Source: Acaryochloris marina S15
GTDB taxonomy: Bacteria > Cyanobacteriota > Cyanobacteriia > Thermosynechococcales > Thermosynechococcaceae
DNA length: 32,000 bases
Assembly (NCBI RefSeq): GCF_018336915.1
Contig: NZ_CP064923.1
Coordinates: 600,001-632,000, forward strand
Reading direction: 5' to 3'
Of the stretch, positions 15,636-25,215 are shown piece by piece. A program made the translations under genes and the position numbers. The notes below the pieces were generated by a model. The model did no database searches, was not told the origin of the DNA, and worked only from the letters and a program-made list of their open reading frames with translations. Position 1 is the first letter of the stretch, and each line of letters opens with the position of its first letter.

Positions 15636-18062
15636 TTAGTCGATTGCTGGCAGGGTGAAAATAAAGGTGGTGCCTTTGCCGACTTCTGTTTCAAAATGAA
15701 TCTGGCCACCATAGCTCTCGACAATTTTTCGGCAAATGGAGAGGCCAATGCCTGTGCCTGGATACTGGTCGCGCTGGTGTTGACGGGCAAACATGGTGAA
15801 AACGCGATCGCAAAATTCTGGAGCGATACCAATTCCCGTATCGCTGACTGAGATCTGCCAATGAGAGCCTTGGCGTTGGGCCTTAACCGTAATGTGGGGC
15901 GGTTGATCACCATGAAACTTGAGGGCATTGCCGATCAAATTCTGGAAAAGCTGCACGCTTTCCACTTTGCCGAGGATTAAGGTGGGCAACTCATCATAAA
16001 CAATCCATCCTTTTTTTTGTTCAATTTGCAGGCTATAGTCACTGGCGATCTGCTGAACAATCGTATTGAGATCAATGGGTTCAGGGGACTGCTGCTGACG
16101 ACCCACCCGAGAATATTGGAGAACAGATTGCACGAGGGCATCCATCCGCTTGGCCCCATCAATAATGTAATCAAAGTAGCGACGGCCATTGTCATCGATT
16201 TGGTCGGCATAATCTTCCAGCAGTAATTCAGAAAAGCTTCTGATTTTGCGTAAGGGTTCCCTCAGATCATGGGAAGCAACATAGGCAAATTCTTCTAAAT
16301 CTCGGTTCGAGCGCTTCAGCTCTAAGACGGCTTGCTCTAAGTCCACCTGACTCTGCTTCGACTCCGTAATATCTAAGCCACAGCCAATCATGCCTGCAAA
16401 CTGGTTGTCGATATATCGAGGAATAACGGTATTGAGAATCCAGCGGTAGGTACCGTTGCGATCGCATCGCCGATACTCCAGTTGCAAAGATGTTTCTTCC
16501 ACAAAACTAGTTTTGAGCTGGCTCACGAAACTGGCATGATCATCAGGATGAATAGTATCCAGCCAACCCCAATTAATTTCTTGCTCAAGAGATCGGCCCG
16601 TAAAGGTTTGCCATGTCTGATTGACGTAAGTACAGCGTTGATTCGTATCGCAAACCCAAATCAATGCAGGTAAAGAATCCGCCAAAGATCGAAATCGAGA
16701 CTCACTTTCCTCTAACTGGGCATTTGCACCCACCAAAGCGTCAATATTTTGGTTGATATTTTCCTGTAACTGGTAGTTAGCTTGTTCTAAAGAGTCAGCC
16801 ACCTTTTTAAAGGGAGTGATGTCAATGCACGATCCGACATAGCCCACAAATTTTCCGTTGGGTAAAAAACGAGGCTGCCCAGAATCGATGAGCCAGCGAT
16901 AGTCACCCGCATGATTCAGATAACGATATTCGAGTTGCAGCGATCGTCGTTCTTCAAACGCCAAGGTCAATGTAGTCAGACAATCATGAATATCTGCAGG
17001 ATGGATGCCAGTCGCCCAACCCTTTTGGATTTCTTGTTTTAACGTTCTGCCTGTAAATTTCAGCCATTCTGCGTTGAAATAGGTGCGTCGATTGTGTTCA
17101 TCCGCCACCCAGATCAGAGCTGATGAACAGTCAGCCATGGCCTGAAATCGTTGTTCACTCTCAATTCGTTTGACTTCGGCTAGCTTGCGAGCGCTAATAT
17201 TCTGCATAAAACAGAAATGCCCCAGGAACTCGCCTTGCTCATCCCGATTCGCCACCATGGTGAGTTGCTGATAGAAGATGGCACCTTGCTTGGTGATCCC
17301 GCGCGTTTCTAAGGTGATTTTGCCGGTGTCTAACATGATGTTGTAAGCCGATTCCAAAATGGGAAGATCGCTGACAAATACCGTGGTTTGCCAAGGCAAT
17401 CCCACCAATTCTTCGGGGCTATATCCAAAATGTTGTGCATAAGTATGGTTAACTTCCACAAAACATCCCTGGGGATCGAGTTGTGAAATCCCTTCCATCG
17501 CACTTTGTAAGGCCGTGTAAAAACGTTGTTGCTGAGATTGATGTTGCGTCATCTCAGCAAGCTTGTGTTTCACATCGTCTATGGATGCTGCTTCGATAGG
17601 CTGGGCAGCCACAATGGAGGGTGGGGATATGGAGGTCAGTTTCCAGGTCCGTAACTTTTCTAGGCTTAAAGTTCCGACGAGTTGTCGACCCTTCAGAACG
17701 GGCAAATATGACAGTCCACCGACCTGGAAACAACCCATTGCCTGTTCCCAAGTTCTTACCTCAGAAATTTGGGGATAGTGCTTAGCAGTGGTCAGTACCT
17801 CCGTAAGCGGAGTGCTGGCAAAATCATATTGCTCAGCTACGAGCCGCATAATATCCTGATTCGTAAATAGACCTTTGATCTGGTCCTGTTCAAGAACGAC
17901 AACATAACTTTGCGGATTGTTCACCGCCCCGGATTGCGGTTGATGCCACTGGGGGACTGTTCCCGCCTGCATCATCTGGACAACCTCCAGTAATGTCACC
18001 TCAGGGGACACCACAGGGGGATGACAATCCAGCATATGCTCAATAGTCAGGGTGCTTGGCAT
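15636..18062 (-). CDS. Sensor histidine kinase: CBS pair + 3 PAS domains + HisKA + HATPase_c
   Basis: CBS-like N-terminus. Three PAS units (two share ALIWV...TYxNxxWxxFTGR...GIHPxD...LQLEYR...YRW). H-box SHDLREPLRKI. G-boxes DTGIGI and GTGIGLSICRKI. ATG 18062 is preferred over TTG 18116. Confidence 0.85.
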   Translation of the reverse strand: MPSTLTIEHMLDCHPPVVSPEVTLLEVVQMMQAGTVPQWHQPQSGAVNNPQSYVVVLEQDQIKGLFTNQDIMRLVAEQYDFASTPLTEVLTTAKHYPQISEVRTWEQAMGCFQVGGLSYLPVLKGRQLVGTLSLEKLRTWKLTSISPPSIVAAQPIEAASIDDVKHKLAEMTQHQSQQQRFYTALQSAMEGISQLDPQGCFVEVNHTYAQHFGYSPEELVGLPWQTTVFVSDLPILESAYNIMLDTGKITLETRGITKQGAIFYQQLTMVANRDEQGEFLGHFCFMQNISARKLAEVKRIESEQRFQAMADCSSALIWVADEHNRRTYFNAEWLKFTGRTLKQEIQKGWATGIHPADIHDCLTTLTLAFEERRSLQLEYRYLNHAGDYRWLIDSGQPRFLPNGKFVGYVGSCIDITPFKKVADSLEQANYQLQENINQNIDALVGANAQLEESESRFRSLADSLPALIWVCDTNQRCTYVNQTWQTFTGRSLEQEINWGWLDTIHPDDHASFVSQLKTSFVEETSLQLEYRRCDRNGTYRWILNTVIPRYIDNQFAGMIGCGLDITESKQSQVDLEQAVLELKRSNRDLEEFAYVASHDLREPLRKIRSFSELLLEDYADQIDDNGRRYFDYIIDGAKRMDALVQSVLQYSRVGRQQQSPEPIDLNTIVQQIASDYSLQIEQKKGWIVYDELPTLILGKVESVQLFQNLIGNALKFHGDQPPHITVKAQRQGSHWQISVSDTGIGIAPEFCDRVFTMFARQHQRDQYPGTGIGLSICRKIVESYGGQIHFETEVGKGTTFIFTLPAID

Positions 18063-18243
18063 AAATAGCGTAGTCTCATCCAGACTGACAGATTCATACA
18101 GTTCAAAAATGAGCAAAATGTGAGTAAGTAGCCTTTTGACGGCAGTATGCCCAAACTGCGGTCATCCCTCACGCCCTCTTGATAATTTGTGATAGTTTCG
18201 AACAGTCTGCCGCTCTAGCATTAACCCATGGGTAGAGATGACA

Positions 18244-20373
18244 TTAGAAATCAAACACACTGACAAAGGGGCGGTCCGTTGTCCAATGGTCTTGAAAATG
18301 GCTAGGGAGTTTGACATGGAATGTGGTCCCCTCCCCTGGCTTCGACTCAGCCCAGATTGAGCCATCATAGTGGTCAATAATTTTCTTGCAAATAGCCAAT
18401 CCGATACCCGTGCCGTCGTAGTCTGTTCGCTTGTGCAATCGCTTAAACATTACAAAAATATCTTCTACAGCATCCTCTAAGATGCCGATGCCGTTGTCTT
18501 CAACGGTGATTAACCAATGCTTTTGGAGTTGACGGGCTGCAATCTGAATATGGGGAACCGCATCTCCTCGAAACTTTAAGGCATTCGACAATAGATTCTG
18601 AAAGACCCGCTGAATATCCGTCGGATTGATCATAATTTCAGGTAAGTCGCCTACTTCAATCACAGCCTCACTCTCAGCAATGGTCAGGCTTAAGTCTTGC
18701 TGGACTTGCTTTACCACCTGTCCCAAATCTGTTAAAGCTACCTCTCGTGCTTCGGAGGACAACCGAGCATAGGCTAGCAGATCAGCAATCATCGCCTGCA
18801 TTCGCTCCGATCCGTCAATCACATAATCGAAATACCGTTGCCCCTTTTCATCGATGTCATCTACATAGTCTGCTTGTACCAACTCTGCGAAGGATTTGAT
18901 CTTACGCAAGGGCTCGCGCATATCATGGGAGAGGGCCGAAGCCATCTGTTCTAATTCTTGGTTGGATCGTAATAGCTCTGTATTGACCATTTGACATTGA
19001 GCTTCCGCTTGTTTCATAGCGGTGATATCCATTGTGGTGCCAATGTATCCACAAAATTTTTCATCCAGGGTATATCTGGGTTTACCCATGGAAAGCATCC
19101 AGGCGTAGCTGCCATCGTTCTGGCGAAGCCGATGCTCGATCGAAAATTCTTGCTGTTGGCTAAAGCTCGACTCATAGGTTTTCTGCCACTGCTGTCGATC
19201 ATTAGGATGAATACCTGACATCCATCCGTCACCGATCTCGGCATCGGTTGTACGCCCTGTAACGGTTAACCAAGTCTGGTTAAAAAATGAAAACATCATG
19301 TCCGCATCCGTGACCCACATTAAGGCGGGGGACTGATGGGCCATCCTTTGAAAATATCGGTCTTGTTCACAGTTCGCGGATTGCTGCAATCTCCAAACGA
19401 AGCAACTTCCCCCGGCCCACAACAAAACTACTCCCAAAAAGGGTAGAAGTAAAAATAACCCGCTGTTGTGTTGATGAATAAAATCAGGTGTGGCCTGGGC
19501 GACCATGACCCAAGTTCTCCCTGGCACAGTAGACAAGGCAACATTTCGGGTCAAATCTGAGGGGTTTGCTTGGACTGTCCCATGAGAACCTGCATAGAGC
19601 AGTTGAGAGGCCTGGGGATTGGTCTGATCGATCAACTGCACGGAAAGCCCTGCCTGAGTAGCCCGCTCCCCAACATTTGCCAGTAAAGCATCCAGCCGAT
19701 AGCTCCCCACCACAAATCCTCGCAACATTAATCGCCTCTCCTGAGGCGTTTGCGGCTGATTGCGGTAGACAGGAGAAACCTTGAAAAACAGATTGGGAGT
19801 ATTCTGAGCCGGTGACAGGATTGGTGTTATCCGATCTTGGCCAGAATCTCGTGATTTTTCTAAGGTTTGACGCTGCAAAGCATCTGAAGCCCGATCAAAC
19901 CCTAAATTGTGTTCATTCCCTTGATAGGGTTCTACAAAAGCGACGGGGAAATATGTATTTCGCTTTTCAGCGACTTGTCTTGTCTTGGGTTCCCTTCCCT
20001 GCGTGAGCTTGAAGTTCGAATATTCTGTTTGACGCTTAATCTCCAAGGGTTGTCGTTGGGGGTGCGAGATGTAGGGAACCCATTCCAAGGCTTGAATGTC
20101 TGGATGCTTTGCCAGGTATTGTTGCGTGACTAAACGAAACTCTTGAGATGTAACTTCTTCTGACCCCGTAAACAGAATATTGAGACCATTGAGGGGTGTA
20201 AAGTTGAGCTGCAATTCTCGATCTAAAGCGATAGAAATCTCATCGACCTCTTGGCGAAATTCTTGCTCTATTCCATTTAATTCAGCCTGCCGAATCACGA
20301 TAGCTGCAGGTACGGAAGCTAGAAGACTACTTCCTCCCAAGGCCAACATCATGAATAAGTGACGTCTATCCAT
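18244..20373 (-). CDS. Sensor histidine kinase: TM-CHASE-TM + PAS + HisKA + HATPase_c
   Basis: N-terminal TM helix, then a ~280-aa periplasmic region with CHASE hallmarks (ALEWVPYISHPQR, YFPVAFVEPYQGNEHNLGFD, VSPVYRN), then a second TM. PAS domain. H-box SHDMREPLRKI. DNGIGI and GTGIGLAICKKI. Confidence 0.85.
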   Translation of the reverse strand: MDRRHLFMMLALGGSSLLASVPAAIVIRQAELNGIEQEFRQEVDEISIALDRELQLNFTPLNGLNILFTGSEEVTSQEFRLVTQQYLAKHPDIQALEWVPYISHPQRQPLEIKRQTEYSNFKLTQGREPKTRQVAEKRNTYFPVAFVEPYQGNEHNLGFDRASDALQRQTLEKSRDSGQDRITPILSPAQNTPNLFFKVSPVYRNQPQTPQERRLMLRGFVVGSYRLDALLANVGERATQAGLSVQLIDQTNPQASQLLYAGSHGTVQANPSDLTRNVALSTVPGRTWVMVAQATPDFIHQHNSGLFLLLPFLGVVLLWAGGSCFVWRLQQSANCEQDRYFQRMAHQSPALMWVTDADMMFSFFNQTWLTVTGRTTDAEIGDGWMSGIHPNDRQQWQKTYESSFSQQQEFSIEHRLRQNDGSYAWMLSMGKPRYTLDEKFCGYIGTTMDITAMKQAEAQCQMVNTELLRSNQELEQMASALSHDMREPLRKIKSFAELVQADYVDDIDEKGQRYFDYVIDGSERMQAMIADLLAYARLSSEAREVALTDLGQVVKQVQQDLSLTIAESEAVIEVGDLPEIMINPTDIQRVFQNLLSNALKFRGDAVPHIQIAARQLQKHWLITVEDNGIGILEDAVEDIFVMFKRLHKRTDYDGTGIGLAICKKIIDHYDGSIWAESKPGEGTTFHVKLPSHFQDHWTTDRPFVSVFDF

Positions 20374-20469
20374 GCTCAGACTTTAACAGTCTTCTCCAGC
20401 TCTAAGACACATCTGTATTCATCTATAAAGTGGTATATATAGCTAAAATTGGCGCTATTTTACTAAAAT

Positions 20470-20892
20470 CTAGCTTTTGGAAGGCAGTTTAGCAATTTCT
20501 GTCCAATATGTACTAATGCTTGAAATAGTACTGATGTATTGAGATAGGCTGGCTGGCTTTTGAATAAAGCAGTTGGCCCCTAGCTCGTAGGCTTTTTGGA
20601 TATCTTTATCTGCATCTGAGGTCGTAAAAATGATGACTGGGATCATGCAAAAAGCGTCATTTTTCTTGATAGTCTCCAACACCTGTAACCCATGAATACC
20701 CGGCAGATTGAGGTCTAGGAGAATCATGCTGGGTAGACTTTTTTCCTGGTATTCTCCTTCCCGGAATAAATAGGATAGAGCACTTTGTCCATCCACAACC
20801 CAATCTAAATCAATAGCAGCATGAGAGCGCTGGACACCATTTTGGGTTAATTCGATATCCGCAAGATCATCTTCAACTAGTAAAAGTTTCAT
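20470..20892 (-). CDS. Stand-alone CheY-like response regulator receiver
   Basis: MKLLLVEDDLADIEL, phospho-acceptor context ILLDLNLPG, and IIFTTS...K in the expected positions. 140 aa. Confidence 0.9.
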   Translation of the reverse strand: MKLLLVEDDLADIELTQNGVQRSHAAIDLDWVVDGQSALSYLFREGEYQEKSLPSMILLDLNLPGIHGLQVLETIKKNDAFCMIPVIIFTTSDADKDIQKAYELGANCFIQKPASLSQYISTISSISTYWTEIAKLPSKS

Positions 20893-21835
20893 ACTCTTAT
20901 TCCGCCTAAATTGATACCACTAAAACTCTCACTTGGTAACGCTTACAGAAGATAGTCAACCGCTAAAGCTTTGTTCTAGGCTGTAGCACTATGTCCACAA
21001 TTGATTGATATCAATCTTAATGGAGTCTTTATGAATCGACAATTCAATATACAACAATCTATGCTAAGTCGACAATATTAGGAACACATTAATAGAAGGA
21101 AATATATAGTTTTTGAATCTCCTCAAAAGATAGGATCTCTTTTCTCCGAAAATAGAAAAAAATTTAGATTTCTAAAGGGCAACGAAGATTAAGTTATTCT
21201 ATTTATTATCTATAAGATAATAATAATTATCAGCATATTGCAAAATCAATTTTCGGCGCTGGATCTTCCTGCAGAACCCGTATTATGCAATACATGACAG
21301 ATACGGAAAAAGGTTTTTGTCTTGTCGCTAAAGCTAGTTTCTATCCTGTTGTAGCATTCAGTTTTCACTGTATATAGAGATAAGCTATATCCGTATTAAT
21401 ACCGAGATAATATTTTTTTGAAATATTTAATGAATTCCGTATGTTCACTGAAGCATTCTGAAGAATTAAACGGGTATAAGAGAGGTACGGTATTGGTCGT
21501 CTACATCCGCAGAAACGCGGATTCTTTATCTAAGTTCATAGATTCTGAGACCTATTGCTGGGTTGATATGGGGGGATCGAAGAGCCATTCATATGGCTCA
21601 ACATCCAAAGAAAGAATGACCAAGTTCGGACAAGAACTGGGCAATATTGGGGAGATACAAGAATGATTTTTTTTCTGAATATAAAAATGATGCTTACATC
21701 ATTGATTTGACCTATAACAAGGGCTGGTTATTTATGGGGGGACCAGTATACAAATCATCAGTCATAGCACCTTATCTTTGCTGTTGCTGATAGAGAGGCT
21801 CAGCCTCTAGGCTCATACGAGGGGATTCCAGGTAC

Positions 21836-23662
21836 ATGCACGCATTTGGCTCACAAATTATTCCAGTCAGTAATACTGAAATCTTGATCATTGAAGATGA
21901 TATTCAAGATGTCGAAATAGTGACGCGGTTATTGGGGAAGGAAAAACAAAGTTCCATCATGCTCAATCATTGCCCAACGTTGCATGCTGGTTTGAATACC
22001 CTAAGAGATCAATCCACAATTGATCTGATTTTGCTGGATTTATCTCTATCTGATGCTCAAGGACTGGAGACATTTCGCAAAATCCATGATGCTTTTCCGA
22101 ATATCCCTTTGATTATTCTGAGTGGTAATAGTGATGAGCGGCTTGCCTTAGAAGCAATGCAACAAGGTGCACAGGATTTTCTCGTCAAAGGACGATTTGA
22201 CAGTACAGTTCTGACCCGCGCGATTCAATATGCAATGGAGCGTCAGCATCAGCGTCTGGAGCTTGAATACAAGAATTTGGCCTTAAAAGCACTATCGGAT
22301 CAGCTGGCAGTGGCTAACCTAGAGCTGGAGAGGCTGGCTGCCGTAGATAGTTTGACTCGTGTCTTCAATCGGCGACGGTTTGATGAGGTGTTTCTAACGG
22401 AGTGGAATCGCTTACTCCGCGAGGAGAAACCTTTGTCTTTGATCATGTGTGATGTTGATCATTTCAAAGCTTACAACGATACCTATGGTCATCAAGCCGG
22501 TGATTTATGTTTAGAGAAAATCGCCCAAACAATTGCTAAAGTTGCCAAACGTCCGGCAGACTGTGTTGCTCGATATGGCGGGGAAGAGTTTGTCGTTGTA
22601 CTTCCCAATACGGACATCAGCGGGGCCAACCATGTCGCAGAATCCATCCGGGGGGGCATCCATAATCTCAACCTACCGCATTCCACCTCTCCGGTTAGTA
22701 ACCGCATCACCCTGAGTTTGGGAGTAGCATGTCAAGTGCCGGATGAGGCGATTGCTCCCTCTTTGTTGATTGAAGCTGCTGATCGAGCCATGTATACGGC
22801 AAAAGCAGGTGGCCGGGATCGCATCCAGGTGCACTATGCTGATTGCGCCGTTAATCTTCAGTCTCGACAAACCTTGCAGTGGGTGAGTCGATTACGGGAT
22901 GCCCTTGAGCATAATCACTTTGAATTATATGCCCAGCCGATTCAGGCTTTACAAGCAGAATCGGCTGAGCCTTGCTTTGAAATTTTGCTGCGCTTATGCG
23001 ATCAGCCAGGTATTGTCTGTTCTCCCGGCATATTTTTTCCCGTTGCCGAGCAGTATGATTTTATGCCCCGTATTGATCGCTGGGTGATCAAGCATTTGTT
23101 TGCAGACTTAGGAGAAATTAATTCCTTAATGTTGCAAGAAGCGATCTTTTTCGTTAATTTGTCCGGGGCAACGTTTAAAAACATGGAAATTGCCTCTTTT
23201 ATTGCAGAACAGCTCGCCCGGCACAATTTAAGACCAGAGCAATTCTGCTTTGAAGTCTCAGAAACAGTTGCCCTGAAAAATATTGAAGCCGCTGCTCAAC
23301 TGACAAGAGCCCTCAAGGATATGGGGTGTAAAGTTGCCTTAGATGATTTTGGCAGTGGCTTGTCTTCGTTTACCCATTTGAAAAAGATCCCTGCTGACTT
23401 TGTCAAAATCGATGGCTCTTTTATTCGAGGAGTGGTTGACGATGATATGTCTAAGGGCGTGGTGGAAGCAATTCATCATGTTTCGAAAATTATGGGTCTG
23501 CAGACCATTGCGGAGTATGTAGAATCGCGTGCCATTCTAGATCTGCTCAATGACTTTCATATTGACTTCGCCCAGGGTTATTTCTTTGGACCTGCCCGAC
23601 CTTTGGTTGACACCCTCGCGACTTGGCAAACGACCGCTTATACCGAGCGCTTGTCTGCTTAA
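21836..23662 (+). CDS. Response regulator with REC + GGDEF + EAL domains (c-di-GMP turnover)
   Basis: REC (ILIIEDD, ILLDLSLSD). GGDEF (RYGGEEFVVVLP, RxxD-type site upstream). EAL domain (FEILLRL, FFVNLS, FEVSE, ALDDFGSG, KIDGSFI, QGYFFGPA). Confidence 0.9.
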   Translation: MHAFGSQIIPVSNTEILIIEDDIQDVEIVTRLLGKEKQSSIMLNHCPTLHAGLNTLRDQSTIDLILLDLSLSDAQGLETFRKIHDAFPNIPLIILSGNSDERLALEAMQQGAQDFLVKGRFDSTVLTRAIQYAMERQHQRLELEYKNLALKALSDQLAVANLELERLAAVDSLTRVFNRRRFDEVFLTEWNRLLREEKPLSLIMCDVDHFKAYNDTYGHQAGDLCLEKIAQTIAKVAKRPADCVARYGGEEFVVVLPNTDISGANHVAESIRGGIHNLNLPHSTSPVSNRITLSLGVACQVPDEAIAPSLLIEAADRAMYTAKAGGRDRIQVHYADCAVNLQSRQTLQWVSRLRDALEHNHFELYAQPIQALQAESAEPCFEILLRLCDQPGIVCSPGIFFPVAEQYDFMPRIDRWVIKHLFADLGEINSLMLQEAIFFVNLSGATFKNMEIASFIAEQLARHNLRPEQFCFEVSETVALKNIEAAAQLTRALKDMGCKVALDDFGSGLSSFTHLKKIPADFVKIDGSFIRGVVDDDMSKGVVEAIHHVSKIMGLQTIAEYVESRAILDLLNDFHIDFAQGYFFGPARPLVDTLATWQTTAYTERLSA

Positions 23663-23676
23663 GATCATTGAAGGTG

Positions 23677-23695
23677 AGCGGTGGGACACACCGCT
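23677..23695 (+). terminator. Candidate stem-loop terminator downstream of the GGDEF-EAL gene
   Basis: AGCGGTG-ggaca-CACCGCT forms a 7-bp stem, 15 nt after the stop codon. It is followed by a weak T-containing tract (tctgaaatattcc), so it is not a canonical terminator. Confidence 0.35.
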
Positions 23696-23816
23696 TCTGA
23701 AATATTCCTTATGACTTCTTTGTATTCCGTAGCAGAAAGTAACGGCTAGCGTCTTGCATTCTAGGTTTGAGCATCATTAAGATGTTTTTAAACTTTCGAG
23801 TGAAAGTGAGTCTGCC

Positions 23817-24377
23817 ATGCATGTTGGCGAGGCATATCTGCAAACCTTATCCCTCAATAAAAACGCGACCTTTGATGAAGTGCGGGAAGCCTATCAGGAT
23901 CTGGTAATGGTTTGGCATCCCGATCGGTTTTTGCATAATCCTCGCCTCTATAAAAAAGCGGAAGCCAAACTAAAAGAATTTAACCAAGCCTACTCCTACT
24001 TAAAATCTCATCAATCTCGGTCTCGTAAAGCTGCGCCCCATCAACCGAAGACTGCTCCACCTGCGCGATCCAAAACACCGAAAAAGCGCCATGGTATGGC
24101 TTGTCCTTGGTTAACCTTTAGCGATGCTGCCTATATTCTCAATCACTACTCTTTTGAAGCAGTAGCACCCAAAGCTGCGGGGCACCAAACTTTCCATAGT
24201 GGGCCTTTTGTTTTAGATATCTGTAATCAGCCTGCAGAGGTGATTCTTTCAGTTCCTTGTGATTCGGTCCATGCCTTTGATCGGATTTTGCTGTCTATTC
24301 CCTGCAAGTCCCAAGGTCATTTTCAGCAAGAAGAAGCAAAACAGTTGCTCCATTTGCTGCAGGATCAAGGTCGCTAA
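23817..24377 (+). CDS. J-domain (DnaJ-like) protein with an uncharacterised C-terminal domain
   Basis: FDEVREAYQDLVMVWHPDRF...LKEFNQAYSYLK contains the HPD motif. A basic Pro/Lys linker follows, then an ~95-aa Cys-containing C-terminal region. Confidence 0.8.
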   Translation: MHVGEAYLQTLSLNKNATFDEVREAYQDLVMVWHPDRFLHNPRLYKKAEAKLKEFNQAYSYLKSHQSRSRKAAPHQPKTAPPARSKTPKKRHGMACPWLTFSDAAYILNHYSFEAVAPKAAGHQTFHSGPFVLDICNQPAEVILSVPCDSVHAFDRILLSIPCKSQGHFQQEEAKQLLHLLQDQGR

Positions 24378-25210
24378 CAGCTTAAGCTGGGCAATCCCCT
24401 GGCTTGCGCTAAACTCGCTAATTCCCAGTCGGCTTCCTCCAGGCAGGTTTGGTTGAACTGGGCCCGATGGAGCCGGGCTCCCCGTAAACTGGCTCGCCGC
24501 AAATTTGCTCCGGTGAAGTTCACCTTACTCAAATTACTCCAAGCTAGGTCTATCTCTTCGGCATTGATATCTGTGAAGTTAGCCCGAACTAGATAGGCTT
24601 GACTACAGTGGGCTGCCCGCAGGTTGGCACGACTAAAATCTGCCCCATACAAATAAGCTCCTGTTAAGGTCGCATAGCTTAAGTTCGCCTGACTTAAGCC
24701 TGCCTGAATCAGGTTGGCTGCTGCTAGTTCTGCAAACCTTAAATCTGCTCTGTGGAGCTGGGCTGCTTCTAGTTCTGCTCGCCGAATATCTGCATGCTTT
24801 AAACTACAACCGACCAAGTTGGCTCGACTCAGTTCAGCTTCTAGCAAGACTGCTTCGTCTAAATCACCGCCAATTAAATTTGCATCTCTAAGATCGGCCC
24901 CTTGCAACTGAGCATGGTGGAGGTTGATGGCAACACCTTCAATCCTTGTGAGCTGGGCTTCGATTAAGTTGGCACCACACAAAAGACTGTTGCTTAAGTT
25001 GACGCCTGTTAAGTTGGCTCCGCGTAAATTAGTGGATGTCAAGTCTGTATGGCTCAGGTCGAATGCCTGTAAATCCATTTGCCCTAGGTTACAGCCTGCA
25101 AGATTAGGAGACTTCTGGCTATGGTCCTGTCGCCACCGATTCCAAACGTCAGGGCCACGATATAAAAGGGCTAGATGTTCCCCTGCCATAGCAATCTTGT
25201 ATTTGCTCAT
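24374..25210 (-). CDS. Pentapeptide-repeat protein
   Basis: About 40 consecutive A(D/N)LxX pentads (ANLTGVNLSNSLLCGANLIEAQL...ADLRFAELAAANLIQAGLSQANLSYATL...). Confidence 0.9.
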   Translation of the reverse strand: MSKYKIAMAGEHLALLYRGPDVWNRWRQDHSQKSPNLAGCNLGQMDLQAFDLSHTDLTSTNLRGANLTGVNLSNSLLCGANLIEAQLTRIEGVAINLHHAQLQGADLRDANLIGGDLDEAVLLEAELSRANLVGCSLKHADIRRAELEAAQLHRADLRFAELAAANLIQAGLSQANLSYATLTGAYLYGADFSRANLRAAHCSQAYLVRANFTDINAEEIDLAWSNLSKVNFTGANLRRASLRGARLHRAQFNQTCLEEADWELASLAQARGLPSLSC

Positions 25211-25215
25211 CTCAG

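Noticed and set aside
15603-15638. The kinase and helicase ORFs are in the same reading frame, separated by one TAA and 11 codons (possible read-through fusion)
   Set aside because: Same-frame placement has a one-in-three chance. A usable GTG start exists for the helicase, and nothing in the sequence (no slippery or read-through context that I recognise) supports recoding.
15599-15928. A 109-aa minus-strand ORF whose stop overlaps the helicase GTG start in a GTGA arrangement, suggesting a coupled upstream gene
   Set aside because: It lies almost entirely inside the HATPase_c coding region of the CBS/PAS kinase in another frame. Its sequence has no recognisable features, so it is most likely a frame shadow.
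18162-18377. A 71-aa ORF spanning the gap between the two kinase genes
   Set aside because: It overlaps the 3' end of the CHASE kinase gene in another frame and has no features supporting translation.
21418-21666. A 79-82 codon ORF in the AT-rich divergent control region
   Set aside because: Not excluded, but it has no Shine-Dalgarno, no recognisable motif, and a TTG start or a poor-context ATG. The evidence is insufficient to list it as a gene.
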